Assembly: GCA_964616265.1 (NCBI GenBank)
Contig: CAZTTW010000002.1
Coordinates: 1-30,660, forward strand
Length of the DNA stretch: 30,660 nucleotides
Source: an uncultured Myxococcales bacterium
Lineage (GTDB): Bacteria > Myxococcota_A > Polyangia > Fen-1088
Direction of reading: 5' to 3'
Below the pieces are notes generated by a model. The model was not told the DNA's origin. It was given only the letters and a program-made list of their open reading frames with translations, and did not search any database. The number at the start of each line of letters is the position of its first letter. Positions within the stretch are counted from its first letter, which is position 1. Shown here one piece after another: positions 24,806 to 30,660 of this stretch. Made by a program: the position numbers and the translations under genes.

Positions 24806-26269
24806 TCAGAAGCACAGCAGCACCCCGTCCATCTTGCCCACGCCTGCATCGGCAAAACTCATCGTCGATCGCGTCGACGTCGCTCGCAACACAAAATGCG
24901 TGCCCCCCGGCGTCTCGGTGGCGTTCACCAGCTCCAGCCACTCAAGGCGAACCTGCGCGGCCTCGACATGCTCTCTCGTTTCGAGAAGGACCTGACCTGA
25001 GACATCTGCGGTCTCAAAGCTGAGGCGTTCGGAACCTGTCTCCACAGAACGGAGGCAACCTCGGAGCTCCTTGAGCAGCGGATGACGCATCCTCAAGCGC
25101 ATGACGTGGTCGCCCTCGATCTCCTGCAGGCTGATGCCCGCTTCCCGGCAGATCCGTGGCACGTGGCGGGCGTCGAGCGAATAGTAATACGTCGTCGGTC
25201 GCCCGACCGCGTAGTCGAGGAATTGGTCCGGATTGCCCTCCAACCCGGCCTCGGCGGCTTTGGCGATATTGTAGGCCTGTCGTGCCGTTACATAGTGCAG
25301 TTGAAAGCGCACACCGTCGTTGAACTCAGTCCCGAGGGTGCGGTGCATGGCCAGCGCTTTCTCCCCAAACAGCGCATCGAAGTCGCGCTCGATTGCGCCG
25401 TGCGTATGCAGCTTGACGAACAGCCATTCAGGCCGGCCTTGGACATGGACGTTGCAATGGAGCCAGACCGGAATCCGATCGGGCCGGCCCCAATTGCTGC
25501 TCGTGAGGCTTGCGTTCTCCAGCCGCGGATGGCCGGGCGCGCGCCAGTTGAGCGCCAGCGGCCCCTGCATCATGAACAGCGCTGAGGCCGGTGGCGGTGT
25601 ACCGACGCGGACGTCTGGGCCCGAGTCATGGGCCTTCGGTCGCGACTTGTCAGCGCGGCCGTAGTAGAGGCTATTGATCTTGCGCGTCTGCGCCTCGTTG
25701 CCCGACGGCATCGTCAAGTCCCCCCAGAAGCCCACCTCGCGCAGAATGTCCAACTCGTCGTTCACACCGCAATAGCGGCCACCGCACGAGTTGCCGAGAG
25801 CCCAATCGCCGTGGATAAAACCAAAGCGCGTACGGGGAGGTGCTCCGGCCTCTAGCAGCAAGCCCCAGCGGTTGTATTCCTGCAGGGTCGCCCGTAGATC
25901 GCGGCGCAAGGTCTCGGAGGTGTCCCCATCGTGGTGATAGTGCAGCTCTACCTCGCCCAGTCCGTCGAAGGCCATCTGAGCCAGGCTGGCCAGGTGCTCG
26001 TTCCCGTGATGAGGGGGGTAAAACCAGGAGTGCAACGGCGCCATCCCGATTTCACTGCGGCAACGTTCCTGGAGGCGAGCGTAGCCGCTGTGACAGGCTT
26101 GAAGGCGTTCGAACGGCTGCTCGGGCCGCGTGGCCGCGTGGCGCGGCTCGAAGTGATCACATACCAGGAACATGATGTGCGTGGTCCGGCCCTGTCGAAG
26201 AGCTCCGGCACGGACGCGCCCAAGCGCATCCATCAAGTAGGTAGGAAGCCAACGATCGAGTCGCCGCAT
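24806..26269 (-). CDS. Conserved uncharacterised protein, putative NodB/GH57-like barrel carbohydrate-active enzyme
   Basis: Motif-like His/Asp/Glu segments CDHFEP, HSWFYP, EVELHYHH, FGFIHGDWALGNS, WGDLTMPS, FVKLHTHGA, LHYVTARQAYN; directly upstream of the CE4 gene; ATG 26269 preferred. Fold assignment is inference. Confidence 0.55.
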   Translation of the reverse strand: MRRLDRWLPTYLMDALGRVRAGALRQGRTTHIMFLVCDHFEPRHAATRPEQPFERLQACHSGYARLQERCRSEIGMAPLHSWFYPPHHGNEHLASLAQMAFDGLGEVELHYHHDGDTSETLRRDLRATLQEYNRWGLLLEAGAPPRTRFGFIHGDWALGNSCGGRYCGVNDELDILREVGFWGDLTMPSGNEAQTRKINSLYYGRADKSRPKAHDSGPDVRVGTPPPASALFMMQGPLALNWRAPGHPRLENASLTSSNWGRPDRIPVWLHCNVHVQGRPEWLFVKLHTHGAIERDFDALFGEKALAMHRTLGTEFNDGVRFQLHYVTARQAYNIAKAAEAGLEGNPDQFLDYAVGRPTTYYYSLDARHVPRICREAGISLQEIEGDHVMRLRMRHPLLKELRGCLRSVETGSERLSFETADVSGQVLLETREHVEAAQVRLEWLELVNATETPGGTHFVLRATSTRSTMSFADAGVGKMDGVLLCF

Positions 26270-26363
26270 ATGCCTATGATAACCGTTAAGCTTTCGACTA
26301 TGGCAAAAGGTAATCGAGCCGGGCAACTATAGCAGCGCCTACGCGTCCATCGCTTGCGTTGCC

Positions 26364-27620
26364 TCAGGGGCCGCTAGCCCCTGCTGACTTCCGTAGCAAC
26401 TCGACGTTCTTCCTCGCCAAAGACATCCAGGTCATGTCCTCCACCGAGCGCCGGATGCGCGTGCGGTCCCACTTGGCGGACAGCGCGCACCGCAAGGCCG
26501 CGGCCAAGGCGTCGGAATCCCCGGGCTGGGTCAAGATTCCGTTCGCTTGATCGACGATGACCTCCGGAAGGCCGCCTACAGCCGTCGCCACCACAGGTAC
26601 GGCACTCGCCAGAGACTCGATCACCACGTTGGGCATGCCCTCGCTGTGACTCGGAAGGCAGAGCAGGTCCGCTGCACCAATCCAAGTTGCCACCCGTGAT
26701 TGCGGCACACCGCCAACAAATCGAACCTCCGGAGCTATACCAAGCGTCTGCGCCAAATGCTGCAGCTCACTGCGAAGGTGCCCCTCGCCTACAAGCACCA
26801 GCGTCGTCGGGACCGACCCCAGTTCGCCGCAGCTATGAAGCTTGGCCCAAGCTCTTAGTAAAACATCGAGGCCCTTGACGGCGACCAGGTTGCCGACGAA
26901 GAGCACGATGAGTCCTTTCGTCGAGAGGCCCAGCTCCGCACGGCAATCGATCTGGTCTCGCGGGGCAAAAACCGATGGATCAAACCCTGCACACGGAATG
27001 ATGGCTGTTCTTGCCGCAATCTCTGGTACCAGTGCCACAATCTTTTCTCGGAGGGCCCCACTGACGGCAATCACCGCGCTGGCGTGCCGCAGAGCCCATC
27101 TGATCTGCCGTCGCAAAAAGCCGCGCGCGGCATGGATGTTGATATCACTGCCGTGGGCGGTGATGACATACCGCAATCCAAGCGCCCGGGCGGCAAGCGC
27201 CCCCCCGACGCCGTCGGGGAACGCGCAGTGGACATGCACCACAAGACCCGGATCCGCAAGCGCAGCTCGTCGCATCAATCTCACCACGCCAACGCCAAAC
27301 CCTAGGCCATGAACGACGCCCAATCCAGGTGGCGCCAGAAATCGAGGATGCTGCAGCTTGATGCCGTCGACGGTCTCCTCGCGAGGCACTCGCGCTACGT
27401 CTGGCCAACGCCGCGACTTCCAACCTGGCGGAGCCCATGGAACCGGAGCGATGACGTTCAGTCGACACAGTTGGCGCATGGCCGCCACAAGGTTCTTGAC
27501 GAACAGCGTGCGCCGAGGCTGCTGCGAGTTGGGAAAGAACGTGGTCACTACCTGCACGCAGGGGCCGGCAGGGCAAGTGAAATCGGCAAGACCGGTCTCG
27601 TGCAAATTGGCCTGAGGCAT
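26364..27620 (-). CDS. Glycosyltransferase family 4 (TuaC-like)
   Basis: VVTTFFPN, HVHCAFPDG, ITAHGSDIN, VLFVGNLVAVKG, SHSEGMPNVVIESLASAVPVVATAVGGLPEV; start at ATG 27620 or slightly downstream. Confidence 0.94.
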   Translation of the reverse strand: MPQANLHETGLADFTCPAGPCVQVVTTFFPNSQQPRRTLFVKNLVAAMRQLCRLNVIAPVPWAPPGWKSRRWPDVARVPREETVDGIKLQHPRFLAPPGLGVVHGLGFGVGVVRLMRRAALADPGLVVHVHCAFPDGVGGALAARALGLRYVITAHGSDINIHAARGFLRRQIRWALRHASAVIAVSGALREKIVALVPEIAARTAIIPCAGFDPSVFAPRDQIDCRAELGLSTKGLIVLFVGNLVAVKGLDVLLRAWAKLHSCGELGSVPTTLVLVGEGHLRSELQHLAQTLGIAPEVRFVGGVPQSRVATWIGAADLLCLPSHSEGMPNVVIESLASAVPVVATAVGGLPEVIVDQANGILTQPGDSDALAAALRCALSAKWDRTRIRRSVEDMTWMSLARKNVELLRKSAGASGP

Positions 27621-27819
27621 GCTGCTATCCGACTGGCGGAGTACCCGCGCGAAGCGGGTCACTTCGACCCGATGATTGGAACGCGGAGCCGTCGGTCTGC
27701 GAGCCCGTAGCCGGCGTGCAGGCTCCTCGCGCCACAATCGTCTGTCTATTTGAATGCCCGCACGAATCCGTAGTCAATTTCATCGGCATGGTTCCAGCGT
27801 CCCGGCAAGAGCGCGCAGA

Positions 27820-29085
27820 TCAGTCCTGGGGATCTTGCGGTGCGGGTTCGTCACGACGTTCACTGTCTGCCTTCGGCGACTTCACGAGACCCAATTCTTT
27901 GACGGCTCTGATGAGACGGGCCTTGACCTTGGGCAGGTACAGACGCCGCGCCCGGTACACCCAAGCGCCTGGGCTGCGTCGGAGCGCAGTCAAATACACG
28001 GTCTCCCGGTCACGGCATGGGAACTCCTCTTTGTGAGCATGCTCCCCGCGCAAGAAATCGAGGACCCCATGTCCCTCGCCAATCGCGCTCTCCAGCATGT
28101 AGGTCAAGAGGACCTTCCCGGAATTGGAATAGTCAGGGTCAAACCCGACCTGCATGACGTAGATCGCATTGCGAAACCGGTAACAGTACTGCATAGCCGC
28201 GACCTGGCCAGAGAGCTCCAAACAATAGAGCCGAAGTCGATCGCGCGACATGCACGCCTTCATCACCGCGCGATGAAAACCAAGATACTCTGGCGAGGTA
28301 AACCCATGGTTCTTGACGACACGGCTGAATCGCTTGTGATGCAGTTGGGCCAACCGGTCGAATGCCTCATCCATCTTGGATGGGTCATCCCAAATGAAAA
28401 AGCGCGACGCATGCGACGTGCTGAGCTTCTTACGGTTGTATCGCATTAGTCTGCGGCGATGACCGCTCAGCGTCTCTAAGAACCTCTCCCACGTCGGGGG
28501 CAACTCGATATACGTAATTCGCTCCGAGCGCCCCTTGAGCGTTTCGAGTTGCGCGGCATTCGCGACCTCGGCCATCGCGGTGGTGAACGCACACGCCGGA
28601 TTCATGTCAGACAAGTCCAGCACATCCCACTCCCGAAGCTCCAGTGCGGCTTCAGCGAGCGCTCGCGCGACGATGTGCTCGCGCCCCGCTGAGAGTATGG
28701 GGCCGAGGTCATCCGGCGATGTGTCTCCACCGCTACCGACGAAGCGAAGCAATCGCACCGGATAGCGCATCATCGGGAGGGTATGAATATAGAGCGGGAG
28801 AATACCAACGATCGCATCCCCGGCCATCGCGACGAGAAGGCGAAGCGGCTTGCCCTTGCCATAGCTCTGCCACCAAAGGTGTTGCCAATCGAATGTCTCG
28901 AACACACTCGTGATCGCGGCGCACCGTTGCAGTTCCTCCCATTCCTTGGCGAGGGCAGCAAACTCTTCGGCGTCCTGGATAACCCGCACGCGTATGGCTT
29001 CTGCCGGGCTTGCTTGGATCGGGGAAGTCACGCAAGGCCCCTGATTTCGGAGCAGCACGATCGGTTGAGCTCCCATAGGCACCAA
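27820..29085 (-). CDS. GNAT-family acyltransferase, CelD/BcsL (Acetyltransf_6, FemAB-related) type
   Basis: FAALAKEWEEL, FETFDWQHLWW, VGILPL, DDLGPI, WDVLDLSDM, RLRLYCLELSGQVAAMQY, QVGFDPDY, LDFLRGEHAHK. Confidence 0.88.
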   Translation of the reverse strand: MVPMGAQPIVLLRNQGPCVTSPIQASPAEAIRVRVIQDAEEFAALAKEWEELQRCAAITSVFETFDWQHLWWQSYGKGKPLRLLVAMAGDAIVGILPLYIHTLPMMRYPVRLLRFVGSGGDTSPDDLGPILSAGREHIVARALAEAALELREWDVLDLSDMNPACAFTTAMAEVANAAQLETLKGRSERITYIELPPTWERFLETLSGHRRRLMRYNRKKLSTSHASRFFIWDDPSKMDEAFDRLAQLHHKRFSRVVKNHGFTSPEYLGFHRAVMKACMSRDRLRLYCLELSGQVAAMQYCYRFRNAIYVMQVGFDPDYSNSGKVLLTYMLESAIGEGHGVLDFLRGEHAHKEEFPCRDRETVYLTALRRSPGAWVYRARRLYLPKVKARLIRAVKELGLVKSPKADSERRDEPAPQDPQD

Positions 29086-29512
29086 CAGAAAAGTCGCGAC
29101 GAATGTAGATTGGCCATCTGATTAGGCAGAAAATAGGAAGGAAAGTGCCGGATAGGACATCGTTCGGGGAGATTACCAGAAATCACGCTCACGGCAGGCC
29201 TTATGCACTGCCAGCGACGCCTTGTCTGCAGGCTCATAGCCCAAGGTGTTCTGGATAGTCCTGGGCCAACACCCTGTCGACTGATTTGGACGCCAGGTCC
29301 GCGCGGTTGAACGTCGCTGTCGGCACGGTGACTGGGAGAAAGTGACCCTTTGTTCGACCGAAAGGGTTTGGACGGGTTGGACGGCCAGTGGGACGCCCCA
29401 TGCGCCGAGCATCGTCGGGGTTGGGTGTTGTATGCCGGCGCTGAAAGTCAGTCGCACCAGAGGCCTTGCCCATGCGTGCACGCCACGACTGCCACGATCA
29501 CCGCTGGCCGCC

Positions 29513-30415
29513 TCAGTGGATCTCGAACACGAAGGTTGTGTAGGGAAAAAACAATTGCGACGGCACGCGCAGCGCACGACAGATTCGCTTCAAGCCGGCG
29601 TTGCACAAACTCAGCGCCTCGGTCGCCGTCCCGGGGCTGCCCTTGCGTCGGCGCGCGATGACGTTGTCCATCGAATTGAATTCGTTCATTATTGTCCGGT
29701 CGACGAGTCTTCGTCCGCTTGATCGGACCCAACGCCGCAATTCGAAGTAGGTCAGGCCGTATGGGACATTGAGGCGTCGCATCTCTGTGCGTCGGAACAG
29801 CGGGAAGAGCCGGCCAGTGTAGTAATCGACCGGATAGAGCCCGTTTTCGGTTGACAACACCAGGTGCCCGCCGGGCCGCAACACGCGGACAAGTTCGCGG
29901 ACGTATTCATCCCGCCGCGCCGGAATGAACTCGAACACCGAATTGCAAGTCACCACATCGAAACTGGCATTGGGAAACGGGAGTCCTGGTTCGATCCCGA
30001 TCTCGACGGTGCGGACCTTTTCGTCGCCAAACCCGAAATACCGTGCCCGCCATTCGCAGGCGTCAAGCGACACGCGTGTGGGATCCGATGCGGTGACCGT
30101 GGCACCCTTCAAGGCCACCGCGACAGCCAGCGCACCGGTGCCGGAACCAAAGTCCAGGACTTCCTTGCCCGCAAGCCCGATCGTCCTGTTGATCGGATCG
30201 GCCAGGTTGGAAGTGTGCGAAAACATGCGGGCGAATTGCACGCGGCAGGCCCGCACCAGCCGGGCACGAGCCTCCTCGTCGAGCTCGTTGCGACGACGCA
30301 CCCCGAATCCCTTGTCTGATTCGGAGTAGATGTCCTGCAGCGAAGCACCCTTGACGAAGCACTCTAGGAAATTTCGGTAGGCCGGATGGTCTTCGTCGAT
30401 GATCGGTTCAGACAT
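29513..30415 (-). CDS. Class I SAM-dependent methyltransferase
   Basis: Motif I EVLDFGSGTG, VTASDP, LPFPNASFDVVTCNSVFEFI, VRVLRPGGHLVLS; ATG 30415 with SD-like AAGGGA (ORF track start 30499). Confidence 0.92.
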   Translation of the reverse strand: MSEPIIDEDHPAYRNFLECFVKGASLQDIYSESDKGFGVRRRNELDEEARARLVRACRVQFARMFSHTSNLADPINRTIGLAGKEVLDFGSGTGALAVAVALKGATVTASDPTRVSLDACEWRARYFGFGDEKVRTVEIGIEPGLPFPNASFDVVTCNSVFEFIPARRDEYVRELVRVLRPGGHLVLSTENGLYPVDYYTGRLFPLFRRTEMRRLNVPYGLTYFELRRWVRSSGRRLVDRTIMNEFNSMDNVIARRRKGSPGTATEALSLCNAGLKRICRALRVPSQLFFPYTTFVFEIH

Positions 30416-30660
30416 GTAATGTGTTCCCTTGCTCGCAGTCCGCGCCCGTAGCCGTGCTCCCTGGAAACCGATGCTATCGCCAAGCCGTACGGTCTCCAAC
30501 GCTAGTTTCGTGGTTCACCCACTTTGGGGAGCGTATTCGTTCGCCGGTCTGCGCTGCTTCGCCAGTCACCCTGGACTTCCTGTGCTATTGGGCAGAGTCT
30601 CGCACGCCTGGGCTACTGAGCGAACTCGTAAGCGCCGATGTCGAAGGCTTTGCCTAGCGG

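Noticed and set aside
29345-29375. Hairpin ACCCTTT/AAAGGGT followed by TTGGACG, resembling part of a c-di-GMP-I riboswitch (also GACGCAAA at 22664-22671)
   Set aside because: The GGCAAAC/GNRA/GCAAAG elements are not present together, and both lie antisense to the downstream genes.

Overview
GC-rich window that most resembles Myxococcota (an inference from the gene families and the Gly/Thr/Ala-linker lipoprotein style). The left edge carries a DsbA-family gene running off the window and two divergent tRNAs, Phe-GAA and Arg-UCG. The remaining ~29.5 kb is a Wzx/Wzy-type exopolysaccharide locus. Core machinery: a small phosphoglycosyl transferase, a WbpA-like UDP-GlcNAc dehydrogenase, one GT2, two GT4, a Wzx flippase, a kinase-less Wzc-like co-polymerase with a third C-terminal TM, a short OPX lipoprotein lacking the outer-membrane helix, a probable outer-membrane beta-barrel partner, and a stand-alone BY-kinase-like protein with a degenerate Walker A' motif, no Tyr cluster and six R-[TS]-x-T-P repeats in a long disordered N-terminus. 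An RsbW-like kinase plus STAS partner-switching pair sits directly upstream of that kinase-like gene. Tailoring and processing genes: two AT3 acyltransferases, an SGNH-like lipoprotein, a CelD/FemAB-like GNAT, a SAM methyltransferase, a CE4 deacetylase, an uncharacterised NodB/GH-barrel-like protein, an Asp-box beta-propeller and two beta-helix proteins. An IS5-family transposase 3' remnant not reported by the ORF track lies at 10855-11004 on the minus strand. No Wzy polymerase, sigma factor, PP2C phosphatase, exosortase, integrase or CRISPR array is visible. All calls come from motif reading by eye; no database searches were run.
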